From an uncultured Puniceicoccaceae bacterium (GTDB taxonomy: Bacteria > Verrucomicrobiota > Verrucomicrobiia > Opitutales > Oceanipulchritudinaceae), in NCBI GenBank assembly GCA_963933835.1, contig CAWVVV010000001.1:96001-160000 (forward strand): a stretch of 64,000 nucleotides of DNA. The letters run 5' to 3'. Both the position numbers and the translations under genes were made by a program. Shown one piece after another: positions 39,662-50,153 of this stretch (its first letter is position 1; every line of letters starts with the position of its first letter). A model generated the notes under the pieces. That model was not told the DNA's origin and did no database searches. It saw only the letters and a list, made by a program, of their open reading frames with translations.

Positions 39662-41926
39662 GTGCCCTCTAAACGATTTATCTCCGTACGCCCGCTCAAC
39701 GGGCTGAGCCGCTCCCTCGACTATGCCTTTCCCGAGTCGCAGGAAAAAGACCTCCCTGAGGTCGGATCGCTCGTGCGCATCCCTCTCGGGCGGCGCACTG
39801 AACTCGGTATCGTGATCGCCCTTGATGTTGTGCCCGAGCTGCCGCCTGCGCGGATTAAGTTCATTCACACCCTCGAGCAGCCCTTCCCTGTTCTTACCGA
39901 TGAGCTCATTCGCCTCGCTGACTGGATGGAGCGCTACTACGCCTCGGAACTCGCAAGCATTTTTGAGGTCATGATCCCGGCCGCAGTGCGCAAAGGTATG
40001 CGCCTGCAACAGAGGCGCGCCCTATCCCTCGTCCGAACAGCGACCGCTGAAGAACTCGCCGCACTCGAAAAGAAGGCTCCGAAACAGGCGAAGCTCTATG
40101 CCTTCATCCAAAGTCAGGCGCACCTCAAAATCATCCCCCGGCAAAAGGCGCTCACTCGTCTCCAGATTTCTCCTACAAGCGCCGATGCCCTCGTGAGCAA
40201 GGGACTGCTCAAGGACGTCATGCTTTCCGAACGGCGAGAGGCTTATGAAGACGCCCTCGCTGAGAGTGAGAAGGTCCCAACCAAAGCCTTTGAACTGAAC
40301 GATGAGCAGAAAACGGCTTCTGAAGCTCTCCGACAAGCCATCCGCACAAAGACCTTTAGCCGCATTCTCCTTCACGGCGTGACCGGCTCGGGAAAAACCG
40401 AAGTCTACCTTCAAGCCATTCGCGAAGCCCTCAATCAAGGCGGCAGCGCTCTCTTCCTCGTCCCCGAGGTCGCATTGACGCCGCAGACTGTCAGCCGACT
40501 CCGTGAGCGCTTCGAGAAGGCCAGCGGCGAGCATGCCGTCGTCTGGCACAGCCATCTCAGCGATGGGGAACGCTACGACGCCTGGCACGCCATCTCTACT
40601 GGCGAAGCCAAGATCGTCGTCGGCGCGCGCTCAGCCGTCTTTGCCCCCCTGAGGAACCTTCGCCTCGTTGTCGTTGATGAAGAACACGAGCCCGCTTTCA
40701 AGCAGGAGGAGACGCCGCGCTACCACGGCCGCGACGTCGCGGTTTACCGCGCCCGCCTCAACAACGCGGTCTGCGTTCTAGGCTCCGCCACCCCTGCCCT
40801 CGAAAGCTTGCACAACGCCCGTGAAGGCAAATACGAGCTCCTTCGCCTCACTAAACGCGTCGATAAAGCGCAGCTCCCGACGATCCACGTCGTCGATATG
40901 AAGCAGGAGTGGGCGAAGGAACGACGCCTCGTCGAGTTCTCTGCCCTCCTCAAAGAGAAAATGTATCAGCGCTTTGAGAACGGAGAACAAACCATCCTCT
41001 TTCTCAATCGCCGTGGCTATGACTCATCGCTGCGTTGTCCCGATTGTGGATACGTTGCCGAGTGTGACCACTGCGATGTCACCCTCACTCACCACCGAGC
41101 CGACGGCGACCTGCGCTGCCACCTCTGTGGATTTGAAACCGAGGTTCCTCGCCAGTGTCCAAAGTGTAAGTCACCGAAAATACTCTACCGTGGACATGGC
41201 ACGCAGAAGATCGAAGACATCGCCGCCAAAATTCTTCCGAAAGCACGTATTGTCAGAATGGATACGGATACGATGCGAAAGAAAAACCTCTTCCGCGAGG
41301 TCCTTGCCGATTTCAGACGCGGGAAGATCGACGTTCTCGTCGGCACCCAAATGATCGCCAAAGGCCTCGATTTCCCCAATGTCACCCTTGTCGGCCTGAT
41401 CGACGCCGATATCTCTCTCCACCTTCCGGACTTTCGTGCCGCCGAGCGCACCTTCCAGCTTCTCGTCCAAGTTTCAGGCCGGGCGGGCCGGGGTGACCGC
41501 GCCGGTGAAGTCGTCGTGCAGACTGCGATGCCGCACAACGAGGCGATCCAGTTTGCCCGCCAACAGGACTTCGATGGCTTTGCTCTTGAAGAACTCGAGC
41601 AGCGCAAGGAGTTCAACTACCCGCCCTATCGCCATCTCCTCCACCACATCATTCGCGGTCGCAACCGCGAGAAGGTCGCTTTTTTCTCTGAGCAGTGGGC
41701 GAAACACCTCGAAGAACACCTCCTCAACGATTTCCCCGGCCTTGAAATCCGAGGACCTGCCCCCTGCCCGATCGAACGGATCCAGGACAACTATCGCTTC
41801 CAAATCTGGTATTTCACAACCAACGTCACCGCTCTCGTTGGCCGCCTGCAAAAACTCCGCAAAGAATTCCCATGGGACAAAGAACTCGTCGAAGTCCTCG
41901 ACGTCGATGCAGTGGGGCTGGTGTAG
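39662..41926 (+). CDS. priA: Primosomal protein N'
   Basis: GVTGSGKT, DEEHE, four CxxC pairs, GTQMIAKGLDFP, QVSGRAGR. Confidence 0.97.
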   Translation: MPSKRFISVRPLNGLSRSLDYAFPESQEKDLPEVGSLVRIPLGRRTELGIVIALDVVPELPPARIKFIHTLEQPFPVLTDELIRLADWMERYYASELASIFEVMIPAAVRKGMRLQQRRALSLVRTATAEELAALEKKAPKQAKLYAFIQSQAHLKIIPRQKALTRLQISPTSADALVSKGLLKDVMLSERREAYEDALAESEKVPTKAFELNDEQKTASEALRQAIRTKTFSRILLHGVTGSGKTEVYLQAIREALNQGGSALFLVPEVALTPQTVSRLRERFEKASGEHAVVWHSHLSDGERYDAWHAISTGEAKIVVGARSAVFAPLRNLRLVVVDEEHEPAFKQEETPRYHGRDVAVYRARLNNAVCVLGSATPALESLHNAREGKYELLRLTKRVDKAQLPTIHVVDMKQEWAKERRLVEFSALLKEKMYQRFENGEQTILFLNRRGYDSSLRCPDCGYVAECDHCDVTLTHHRADGDLRCHLCGFETEVPRQCPKCKSPKILYRGHGTQKIEDIAAKILPKARIVRMDTDTMRKKNLFREVLADFRRGKIDVLVGTQMIAKGLDFPNVTLVGLIDADISLHLPDFRAAERTFQLLVQVSGRAGRGDRAGEVVVQTAMPHNEAIQFARQQDFDGFALEELEQRKEFNYPPYRHLLHHIIRGRNREKVAFFSEQWAKHLEEHLLNDFPGLEIRGPAPCPIERIQDNYRFQIWYFTTNVTALVGRLQKLRKEFPWDKELVEVLDVDAVGLV

Positions 41927-41935
41927 AAATAATCC

Positions 41936-43960
41936 ATGACACGCTCACTCACATACCGCCCAGAGATTGATGGTTTACGCTGTCTTGCCGTGCTGCCGGT
42001 GATTCTTTTCCACCTCAGTGATAAGGTAATGGCGAATGGCTATCTCGGGGTGGATGTCTTTTTTGTCATCTCGGGGTTTTTGATTACGTGTATTCTCCTG
42101 CGCGAAGCGGAGGAAGGCTCCCTCTCCCTGCTCAAGTTTTGGAAGCGGCGCATTCACCGTATCCTACCCCTCGCGGCTTTCGTCATCCTCGTGACGTCAC
42201 TGGTGCATGCCGCGCTCTTCTATCACCCTGATCTAAAAATGCTCAGTGGTGATAAATGGGCGGCCCTGCTCTCCTACATGAACATACACCTCTGGCTCGA
42301 TGTCGTGAGCTATTGGGACCGTCTCTTCGAGCACTCGGCCTATCTGCACTACTGGTCGCTTGCGGTCGAGGAGCAGTATTACCTCCTCTACCCGTTCTTT
42401 TTCCTCTTTATCCACAAGATCCGGGCGTTTCCAGTCATTCTAGCGCTGAGCCTCGGGAGCTTAGTGCTCTATCTTCTGACCTTTAATTCTCATTCGAGCG
42501 CGAGCTTTTACCTCTTACCATGGCGCGCCTGGGAGCTAGGCTTCGGTTGCCTGCTAGCCCTCTATGACGCAAAGAGACGTCTTTCTCCGTCGGCGTGGGC
42601 AACCTTGTTCGGACTCGGCTTGATCGCTTTCGCATACTGGCTGCCGAAATCTGTATCCGATCTTGGACTACAGAACCTCCTCGCCGTTCTTGGATCTTTG
42701 CTCGCGATTGCAGGCGGATCAAACCGCATCTCAAACTGGACACTCAAGAACCCGCTCGTCACCTACCTCGGCCGGATCTCCTATTCGCTCTACCTCTGGC
42801 ATTGGCCGGTCATTGTCACCCTTACCTTTCTAGCAGACCAGCATGGCATCGCGACCGGTATCGGTTGGGTGCTAGGCGCGTCACTCCTACTCAGCATCGC
42901 TTCCTACCATCTGATCGAGACCCCATGGCGACGAAAGAAGAATGGAACCACCTTCATCCTCGGGTTTGTCGCTTTCGTCGGGCTCTATATGATCGCAGAG
43001 CAGCGCTTCATCTTAAAAGGCAACTACGCAGAGGAGCATTTCGATCAGTCTACTTGGCATGGCCTCTACTACGACCTGCGCCCGATCCCTGACATCACCC
43101 GTGATTTAGAACCCCTCCTCTACAATCTCGACACACCTGCAAAGGAAGCGCCCCTCGACGCCTATCGCGAAGGCGGGATCCTCCGCACCTACGACAGCGC
43201 ACCCACACGGGTTGTCCTTCTCGGTGACTCCCACGGCGTGATGTGGGCGAAGGCGATCGACGATGTGACGAAGGCACTTGAGATCTCAACCTCCCTTTGG
43301 GCGATGAATGGCCAAAATCCTTTCATTCAATTTCCGATCACCGAAGACCAGAGCGCCGAGTACATGTCCGGTGCAGAAAAAGCTGCCTACGACCAAAGCC
43401 GTCTCGATAAAATCAAGGAATGGAATCCCGACATCGTGATCCTCGCTGCCCGTTGGCAACACACCACTCGCGAAGAAGCGAAGCCGCTCCTCGATTGGCT
43501 TTCGGACAACGTTAAGGAAGTCCTCCTCGTCGAGTCCCCGCCCCCGCTGCTCAAAATTGGCGACCGTAACTTTGCGAACTATGCTGCCTTCATCGGCCAT
43601 AAGCCTACTGACAACGAAGAACTCATCTGGGCCACCTTCGGCCTCAACGATCTTCGCCGAACTCGCTGGAAACTCTTTAATTTCGCGGACAACTACGTGA
43701 ACGTCTCCGTCCTCCCAACCGCTGATCTTTATCTCACCCCCGAGGGCATCCTCGCGGCTGCTGATCGCACTGTCTACTACCTCGACGATGACCACCTCAC
43801 CGATACGGGTGTCATACAAGCGAACGAGCGCTTTCAGCTAGCAATCGAGGCACTTCTCAAAGGTGAAAGAAATGCCTACCCCATCATAAGCGATAAAGGT
43901 GACTCCAGCCGCAGAACCCGTGCGATTGTCGCTTTCCCTGAAATCGCACCGGGGACTTAG
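41936..43960 (+). CDS. Acyltransferase 3 + SGNH domain O-acetyltransferase (OafA/YrhL-like)
   Basis: YRPEIDGLR, GVDVFFVISGF, HYWSLAVEEQ, SYSLYLWHWP, GDSH, DDDHL. Confidence 0.92.
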   Translation: MTRSLTYRPEIDGLRCLAVLPVILFHLSDKVMANGYLGVDVFFVISGFLITCILLREAEEGSLSLLKFWKRRIHRILPLAAFVILVTSLVHAALFYHPDLKMLSGDKWAALLSYMNIHLWLDVVSYWDRLFEHSAYLHYWSLAVEEQYYLLYPFFFLFIHKIRAFPVILALSLGSLVLYLLTFNSHSSASFYLLPWRAWELGFGCLLALYDAKRRLSPSAWATLFGLGLIAFAYWLPKSVSDLGLQNLLAVLGSLLAIAGGSNRISNWTLKNPLVTYLGRISYSLYLWHWPVIVTLTFLADQHGIATGIGWVLGASLLLSIASYHLIETPWRRKKNGTTFILGFVAFVGLYMIAEQRFILKGNYAEEHFDQSTWHGLYYDLRPIPDITRDLEPLLYNLDTPAKEAPLDAYREGGILRTYDSAPTRVVLLGDSHGVMWAKAIDDVTKALEISTSLWAMNGQNPFIQFPITEDQSAEYMSGAEKAAYDQSRLDKIKEWNPDIVILAARWQHTTREEAKPLLDWLSDNVKEVLLVESPPPLLKIGDRNFANYAAFIGHKPTDNEELIWATFGLNDLRRTRWKLFNFADNYVNVSVLPTADLYLTPEGILAAADRTVYYLDDDHLTDTGVIQANERFQLAIEALLKGERNAYPIISDKGDSSRRTRAIVAFPEIAPGT

Positions 43961-44008
43961 AGCTCAACAATCCTTTGCTTTTGCCAGATATGTTTCCTAG
44001 AAAGCTTT

Positions 44009-44920
44009 ATGAAATATCGCTCGGCAACGAAGTTACTTCTCAGTCTATCTTTACTGAGCTCATCAGTTTTTGGGCTTCCAAATGCTTTAGTTTTTCAATC
44101 TGACTTTGGGGAAAAGGATGGTGCAGTACCCTCGATGAAAGGGGTCGCTTATGGGGTGTCTCCAGAGCTGAAAAATTTTGATCTAACCCATGAAATTCCG
44201 ACCTTCGATATCTGGGCTGCGGCCTATCGGCTGAACCAAACTGCAAGTTATTGGCCTGCCGGAACCGTTTTTGTTTCCGTTGTTGATCCAGGCGTAGGGA
44301 CTGACCGACGTTCGGTGGTCTTAAAGACAAAAACCGGGCACTATTTTGTTACGCCTTACAACGGCTCACTCACTTTGGTTGCCGACGAAATGGGTGTCGA
44401 AGAAATGAGGCAAATTGATGAAGCCATCAATCGGCTCTCCAATTCAGAGAAGTCCTACACCTTCCATGGCCGAGACGTCTACGCCTACACCGGTGCCCGT
44501 CTGGCAGCGGGCGTTATTTCTTTTGAAGAGGTTGGCAAAAAACTTCCAAGCAAAGTTCGCCGAATGGAGTATCAATTGGCTAAGAAAAAAGGGGAAGTGA
44601 TTACGGGAAACATCCCCATTCTTGACATTCACTACGGCAATATTTGGACAAATATCAGTCGGAAACTTTTATTCGAAATCTCACCCGATGTGCTCGAACC
44701 CATCCGGGTTGAAATTACACACGGAGACAAAGTTGTGTTCAATGAACTGATCCCTTTTGTGAATACCTTTGGTCAAGTCGAAGTCGGCAAGCCGGTCATC
44801 TACATAAACGACCTCCTCAATGCTGCTTTAGCTATCAATCAAGGCGATTTCGCCGAGGCGCATAAAATTGAAAGCGGCCCGGATTGGAATATCCGATTTT
44901 ACCGTCAGGAGAGTCTTTAG
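44009..44920 (+). CDS. SAM hydroxide adenosyltransferase (DUF62) family with signal peptide
   Basis: SDFG, DLTHEI, VVDPGVGTDRR, TFHGRDVY, YGNIWTNI. Confidence 0.88.
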   Translation: MKYRSATKLLLSLSLLSSSVFGLPNALVFQSDFGEKDGAVPSMKGVAYGVSPELKNFDLTHEIPTFDIWAAAYRLNQTASYWPAGTVFVSVVDPGVGTDRRSVVLKTKTGHYFVTPYNGSLTLVADEMGVEEMRQIDEAINRLSNSEKSYTFHGRDVYAYTGARLAAGVISFEEVGKKLPSKVRRMEYQLAKKKGEVITGNIPILDIHYGNIWTNISRKLLFEISPDVLEPIRVEITHGDKVVFNELIPFVNTFGQVEVGKPVIYINDLLNAALAINQGDFAEAHKIESGPDWNIRFYRQESL

Positions 44921-44929
44921 CAAACGCCC

Positions 44930-45220
44930 ATGAAACGACGCTCCAAAAAGAACTACGCTACCGCAGTGTGTCTTTCAGGTGTTTTTGGTGTCCTTGGTAT
45001 ACAGCACTTCTATCTTGGACGCTGGTATGAAGGCCTCGCTGACGTCATTCTTACCTTTGGCTGGCTCTACTATTTCGCAGTTGATCGCCCGTTGGTTGCC
45101 CTCGCATTTTTGGGCGCAGACTTGCTTCACACCTTTATCTCAACAATCATCCTGTTAGTCGGCGCCTACAAGGATGGGACAGGTGCCTACGTTACTTACC
45201 CAGGGCAGAAACTCTCTTAA
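44930..45220 (+). CDS. TM2 domain membrane protein
   Basis: FGVLGIQHFYLGR. Confidence 0.8.
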   Translation: MKRRSKKNYATAVCLSGVFGVLGIQHFYLGRWYEGLADVILTFGWLYYFAVDRPLVALAFLGADLLHTFISTIILLVGAYKDGTGAYVTYPGQKLS

Positions 45221-45229
45221 ATAACTACT

Positions 45230-45508
45230 ATGGAAAACACACAAATCAGCGAAAAGGGCTTCGTGCCCGCTCTCCTTCTCTGCCTCTTCCTCGGAGCTTT
45301 CGGCGTTCACCGCTTTTACGTCGGAAAAATCGGCACAGGCATCCTCATGCTTCTGACCTTTGGCGGCCTCGGGATCTGGGCACTGATCGACTTAATCATC
45401 ATCGTCGTCGGCTCGTTTAAGGACAAAGACGGCAATGTGATCAAAGCCTTCGGCTACCTGTTAACAACTACAGCGCAGCCTCGAGCGACCAGGTGCCTTC
45501 GTAGTTGA
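45230..45508 (+). CDS. TM2 domain membrane protein (C-terminus overlaps the convergent gene)
   Basis: [34 protein letters not shown]...FKDKDG. Confidence 0.85.
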   Translation: MENTQISEKGFVPALLLCLFLGAFGVHRFYVGKIGTGILMLLTFGGLGIWALIDLIIIVVGSFKDKDGNVIKAFGYLLTTTAQPRATRCLRS

Positions 45509-47309
45509 AGTAGCGCTCATCGGGCGTCCCGCCTTCAGCGTAATAGAGCCAGCCGTTCAGGGCACCGGAGGCATGGACCCACGGATAAATCCCTGAGTGC
45601 GTCCAGAGCCAAGAGCCCAGACCAGCATCCCAGTAGCGCATCCCGTTTTCCCAGTCCGAGGTTTGGCTCAGGAAGATAAAGCCATGTTCATGATGCCACA
45701 TCCAGTCTGAATCCCCAAAGAAGCTAATCCAACCAAACTCCGCTTGATACACCCACGGATAAATATCATAGCGCGACCAGAGCCACGTGCCTAGCTCCGC
45801 ACTCCAATATGGCATGCCCTGTTCACTGCTAAAATCACCGGTAATCTCCATCCAAAGATAACCGCGCTCCAAATGATAGATCCATCCGCTTGCATCGAGT
45901 CTAGCACTCCCAAGCCCACTGGGCACAGGGATTGTTGCAGAAAAAAAGCCATTCCATGTCGGCGTAGTGAATCCTTCTGAGTCTGCACGGGCGAAAAAAG
46001 TGAGGCCAACCACGGAATCGGAGAAAGAATCATCCTCATACTCAATTGAAATACGCTCTGAGCTACCCGTAATGTAGACAGATTCGAGTGAACTACAGCG
46101 CCAAAAAGCTCGGTTTGTGATCCTGATGCCATTTGGCATCGTCACAGTCCTCAGAACATGACAACCGTTGAATGTATCAGATAGCCACGCCACATAATGC
46201 GGAATCTTAACGCTCGTCAGCGAAGTACAGTTTATAAAGGTGCCACTTAGCGACGTGACACTGTCAGGGATCACAACACTTGTCAGCGCACTGCATCCAT
46301 CAAATGTGCGATTAAGCGAACTGACGCCATCAGGAATTACGATACTCTTCAGTGAGGTGCAATTATAGAAGGTTCCAGAAAGCGACCTGACCCCATCAGG
46401 AATCGTCACACTTGTAAGCGCACTACAACCCCGAAAGGCGGAATCCATCCTAACGACGCTATCGGGAATCGTTACAGTCGTCAGCGAAGTACAATTGTAA
46501 AAGGTCCCATCAAGCAACCTGACACTATCGGGAATCGGCACACTCGTCAGTGCACTACAGCCTATAAACGTATCATATAGCGACGTGATCCCATCGGGGA
46601 TCGCCACAGTTGTGAGTGAATGACAGCCACGAAAAGTGCCATCAAGTGACGTGACCCCATCCGGGATCGTCACATTTGTAAGTGAAAAACAGTTATTAAA
46701 AGCACCCTCAAGCGACGTAACGCTTTCAGGAATCACTATACTGATTAACGAACGACAATTTATGAAGGCGGAATCAAGCGACGTGAAGGTATCAGGTATG
46801 ATCACACTCGTCAGAAACTCACAATATTCGAAAGCCTCCTTATTGATACTGTCGATCGTAATTGGTATCACATATTCGCTATCAGGGCGTTGGGGCGGAT
46901 ACACCATGAGCTCATTCGATACTTTATCAATCAGGACGCCATCAAGGCTCATGTAGACTGGATTCTGAGGATCTACATCGATGCTAACTAGGCCGCGGCA
47001 TCCATGAAACGCTTGGCTATCAATTGACGTCACACTACTCGGGATTGACACTTTTGAAAGAGGAACCCCCCAAATAAACGCCCTAACTCCGATAGCCACG
47101 ACCGGCTTTCCATCGATCGTCTCTGGGATCACTACGTCCGTCACTGAATTATCGAAGTCCGTGATCGTAATCGACGTACCATCGTCGGTGTAGGTGAGTG
47201 GACCAAAGGTCCCTGTTTGCGCACTGGCGAATTGAGCAAAGAAGCAAAGCGTGCATCCGACCAAGAAAAGCTTCGGCCAAGGACGGGGAAGAACAAGGTG
47301 AGATCTCAT
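45468..47309 (-). CDS. BspA-like leucine-rich repeat surface protein with Trp-rich C-terminal module
   Basis: Signal peptide ending FASA, IPxxVxxL..F..C.SL repeats, duplicated LGxWLW...IYPWV tail; ATG at 47309. Confidence 0.88.
   Translation of the reverse strand: MRSHLVLPRPWPKLFLVGCTLCFFAQFASAQTGTFGPLTYTDDGTSITITDFDNSVTDVVIPETIDGKPVVAIGVRAFIWGVPLSKVSIPSSVTSIDSQAFHGCRGLVSIDVDPQNPVYMSLDGVLIDKVSNELMVYPPQRPDSEYVIPITIDSINKEAFEYCEFLTSVIIPDTFTSLDSAFINCRSLISIVIPESVTSLEGAFNNCFSLTNVTIPDGVTSLDGTFRGCHSLTTVAIPDGITSLYDTFIGCSALTSVPIPDSVRLLDGTFYNCTSLTTVTIPDSVVRMDSAFRGCSALTSVTIPDGVRSLSGTFYNCTSLKSIVIPDGVSSLNRTFDGCSALTSVVIPDSVTSLSGTFINCTSLTSVKIPHYVAWLSDTFNGCHVLRTVTMPNGIRITNRAFWRCSSLESVYITGSSERISIEYEDDSFSDSVVGLTFFARADSEGFTTPTWNGFFSATIPVPSGLGSARLDASGWIYHLERGYLWMEITGDFSSEQGMPYWSAELGTWLWSRYDIYPWVYQAEFGWISFFGDSDWMWHHEHGFIFLSQTSDWENGMRYWDAGLGSWLWTHSGIYPWVHASGALNGWLYYAEGGTPDERYFNYEGTWSLEAAL
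46080..46805 (-). repeat. Eleven tandem 66-bp coding repeats
   Basis: 11 x 22 aa from VIIPDTF to WRCSSLES. Confidence 0.9.
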
Positions 47310-47480
47310 AAGCGTGTAGTTGAACAGTTGCGCAACTAAGATTAGTAACAGCGAGAGGGGCACCTGATACGCAATCGAAATTTCTGGCCGGAACACCGAC
47401 GACGACACAGCGCAGGCACCCTTCTGCTAAGGCAGACGAGCAGCCAGATTGTTACAAATTGCCTAAGATCCTACGAACGA

Positions 47481-47509
47481 TTGACATGCACAGACTCGCC
47501 CAGCAGGAT
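47481..47509 (+). promoter_or_regulatory. Putative sigma-70 promoter of the CBS gene
   Basis: TTGACA-17 nt-CAGGAT. Confidence 0.35.
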
Positions 47510-47570
47510 AAAAGGAACTTATATAGCCCTCCTTAGACTTTTAATAACCTCAGACCCCACAAGATTTCCC

Positions 47571-48005
47571 ATGGCGATTGTTTCCCATATCCTCGACACT
47601 AAAAACGGCTCCCAACTCCACACCATTACGCCGGACAAATCCACCTACGAAGCGCTCCAGATGATGGCCAAGCATGACGTTGGAGCCATCATGGTGATGT
47701 CCGAAGACACCCTCGTCGGCGTTTTGACTGAGCGTGAATACGCCCGCCGCATCGTCCTCGAGGGCAAGACCTCCCGGCACACACCGGTGAAGGACACGAT
47801 GAACCAAAATTTCAAAGCGGTCAGTCACGACACGACGCTTGAACGCTGCATGACATTGATGACGGAAAATCGCACCCGCTACTTGCCTGTCTTAAACGAT
47901 GGTAAGCTAACTGGCCTTATCAGTGTCGGCGACGTCGTGAAGAACCTCATGGCCGAGCAGCGCGCGAACATCGACCACCTCGAGCAATACATCACGGGCG
48001 GCTGA
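47571..48005 (+). CDS. CBS-domain pair protein
   Basis: VGAIMV, GVLTEREY, RYLPV, GLISVGDVVK. Confidence 0.9.
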   Translation: MAIVSHILDTKNGSQLHTITPDKSTYEALQMMAKHDVGAIMVMSEDTLVGVLTEREYARRIVLEGKTSRHTPVKDTMNQNFKAVSHDTTLERCMTLMTENRTRYLPVLNDGKLTGLISVGDVVKNLMAEQRANIDHLEQYITGG

Positions 48006-48034
48006 GCAGACCATCACGGCTCAGCGTGCTGTAG

Positions 48035-48151
48035 TGGAGGGTCCGGCTCCTGTCGGACCGAAAGGGGTACCCTTGGATCTCAGGTGGACGGGCAGGAGCC
48101 CATCCCTCCATTACGCAATCTCAGGTGGACGGGCAGGAGCCCATCCCTCCA
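48035..48151. repeat. GGAG-type REPIN-like hairpin, copy 4, with duplicated right arm
   Basis: Hairpin at 48035-48110; exact 34-bp direct repeat at 48077-48110 and 48118-48151. Confidence 0.85.
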
Positions 48152-48211
48152 AAAGGCGATATCAGCTATGCCCCCCTCGCATCCGCCTACGCGGGAATCT
48201 AAAGACGCTCC

Positions 48212-49213
48212 TTAGCCAAATACCACGATCGCGGCGAGGGCCGCGAGCAAGACGATCCAGGTAGCAAGTGCACGGCGAGCCATGCGCTTGGCTTTTTTAT
48301 CCTCCCACCATGTCCGAGGACGAATCCCTTGTAGGAGAAAGGTCCCTACAGCGGCGAGGTTGACGCAGATAAAGTTTGCGAGAAAAAGCAGCGCCGCGTT
48401 GAGCGCCGGCGCCATAGATCCAGACCCGAGGAAGATACCTGAGGCGATCAGCGGCGGCAACAGCGCCACCGCCACCATCACGCCGATCAAAGCGGAGCCC
48501 GCACCGGTCGTAAACGAGAGCGCTCCAGCCGCACCCGAGGCGAGGGCTAGAACAAGATCAAAGGGGTGCATCGCCTGAGCCCGTAGGATCATCTCATTTG
48601 ATTCGATATTTACGGGGAAGAGGGCTCCAAAAACGACGCCAAACAATAAGGAGAGTGCAACGCCGACGAAAAGCGTGCGGGCAGAAGAACGGATCATCCC
48701 GACATCGCCCAAGGTCGTGGCGAGGGCAGCGCCCATGTTGGGCCCAAGGAGCGGAGCAATCACCATCGCTCCGATGATCACCGCGACACTGTCACGCGAG
48801 AGACCGACCGCAGCGACAACTGAGGAGAGGATGACCATCGCGATAAAAATACGATTCAGCTGGGATCCATCCGCCACCGCCGAAAGCAGCTCTTCTCGGC
48901 TGACGCGGTAAAACTTTTTAGCGGCGGGTATGGAGGGGTGAATCGGCTCCGTCGCTGGCTCAGGTGCTGGACGCGGCAAGACTGCCTCAACCCCAGAAAT
49001 GATGACGCGAAAGCCCTCCCGTTTTCCAAACTGCTGCTCTAGCGAGTCGAGCAGCTCCTCCGTCTCTTCAGCCGGAAGCAGATACTGCAAGTTCACCCGT
49101 TGGTCTAAACCGCCCTCACGCCACCAACTGACGAGGCGTTCGTTCTTCATCAGGGTCTCGAGAGATGCCTGATCCGTTTCCGGCAGGAGGACTTGGACGT
49201 TTCGTAGAGCCAT
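48212..49213 (-). CDS. DUF389/TIGR00341 family membrane protein
   Basis: AVIIGAMVIAPLLGP, ALASGAAG, GVMVAVALLPP. Confidence 0.88.
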   Translation of the reverse strand: MALRNVQVLLPETDQASLETLMKNERLVSWWREGGLDQRVNLQYLLPAEETEELLDSLEQQFGKREGFRVIISGVEAVLPRPAPEPATEPIHPSIPAAKKFYRVSREELLSAVADGSQLNRIFIAMVILSSVVAAVGLSRDSVAVIIGAMVIAPLLGPNMGAALATTLGDVGMIRSSARTLFVGVALSLLFGVVFGALFPVNIESNEMILRAQAMHPFDLVLALASGAAGALSFTTGAGSALIGVMVAVALLPPLIASGIFLGSGSMAPALNAALLFLANFICVNLAAVGTFLLQGIRPRTWWEDKKAKRMARRALATWIVLLAALAAIVVFG

Positions 49214-49230
49214 GAGCGTGTGCTAATGCG

Positions 49231-50016
49231 TTATGAGGCAACAAAGGCAGTCAGCGCCTGAACAAACGCCTCCGGCTTCTCGAAGTGAACATTGTGACCC
49301 GCACCCTCAACCGTCAGGCGGTCGGCGAATGGAAAGTGGTGTTTGATCGCCGTCATATCTTCATCGGTGACGTAGTCTGAGTGTTCCCCTCCAATGAACA
49401 ACGAAGGGCCTTCATAACGCTCATTCTCCGCCAGCGAGTGAGCAAAGATCTCTGGCAGGGAAGCCTCAAGGAGCGGCAGGTTCACCTTCCAAGCAAAGCC
49501 CCCCTCGGGACGACGCACAATATTTGAGAGGAGGAATTTGCGGAACGCCCAGTCTGGGACCGCTGGTTCGAGCGCAGATTCCGCCTCTGCTCGCGAGCGC
49601 ATCGATGCGAGCTCGAGCGCACGCATGGCGGCAAATTCGGCCTGCCAGCGGGGCGCATAGGCCTTGGGTGCTATATCGACGACGACAAGATGCGAAACCC
49701 GCGTAGGGGCACTCGCAGACACCGCCATCGCCACCTTTCCACCCATACTGTGCCCAATGAGAATGCAGCGATCGATTCCAGCTGAGTCCAGATAAGCAAC
49801 CACATCAGTGGCTTGGTCCGCATAAACCATCGAGTCGGCATGCGGACTATCGCCGTGATTTCGCAGATCGAGCGCGTGGCAATCGTAGTCAGGCGCGAGC
49901 AGCTTCAACATCCCGGCCCAGTTCCGCGAACTCCCAAGTAGCCCATGCAGAATAACAATCGAAGGCTGGCTTGATTCCCCGCAAGTAACGGCAGAGAGTG
50001 AAAGTGGACGACTCAT
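49231..50016 (-). CDS. Alpha/beta hydrolase, YbfF-like esterase
   Basis: LHGLLGS, DLRNHGDS, GHSMGGK, VDIAP, AGHNVH. Confidence 0.9.
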   Translation of the reverse strand: MSRPLSLSAVTCGESSQPSIVILHGLLGSSRNWAGMLKLLAPDYDCHALDLRNHGDSPHADSMVYADQATDVVAYLDSAGIDRCILIGHSMGGKVAMAVSASAPTRVSHLVVVDIAPKAYAPRWQAEFAAMRALELASMRSRAEAESALEPAVPDWAFRKFLLSNIVRRPEGGFAWKVNLPLLEASLPEIFAHSLAENERYEGPSLFIGGEHSDYVTDEDMTAIKHHFPFADRLTVEGAGHNVHFEKPEAFVQALTAFVAS

Positions 50017-50153
50017 TGAAGACAAATTTCCACAGCGACGCCTGCGCAGGCAACCATAGAGCGCAGAGCGAAATCTTGGAATGGCCTTGAAAGATCATTT
50101 CTCCGAAACTAGCCCAATAGACGAAACACACCCACACCGAACAATTTAACACT

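Noticed and set aside
44009..44920. Fluorinase/chlorinase
   Set aside because: It retains the hydrolase-type FHGRD His and has no halometabolite cluster context.
46080..46805. CRISPR array or DGR variable region
   Set aside because: The repeats are degenerate, in-frame 66-bp coding units with no constant repeat/spacer structure, cas gene, reverse transcriptase or template repeat.
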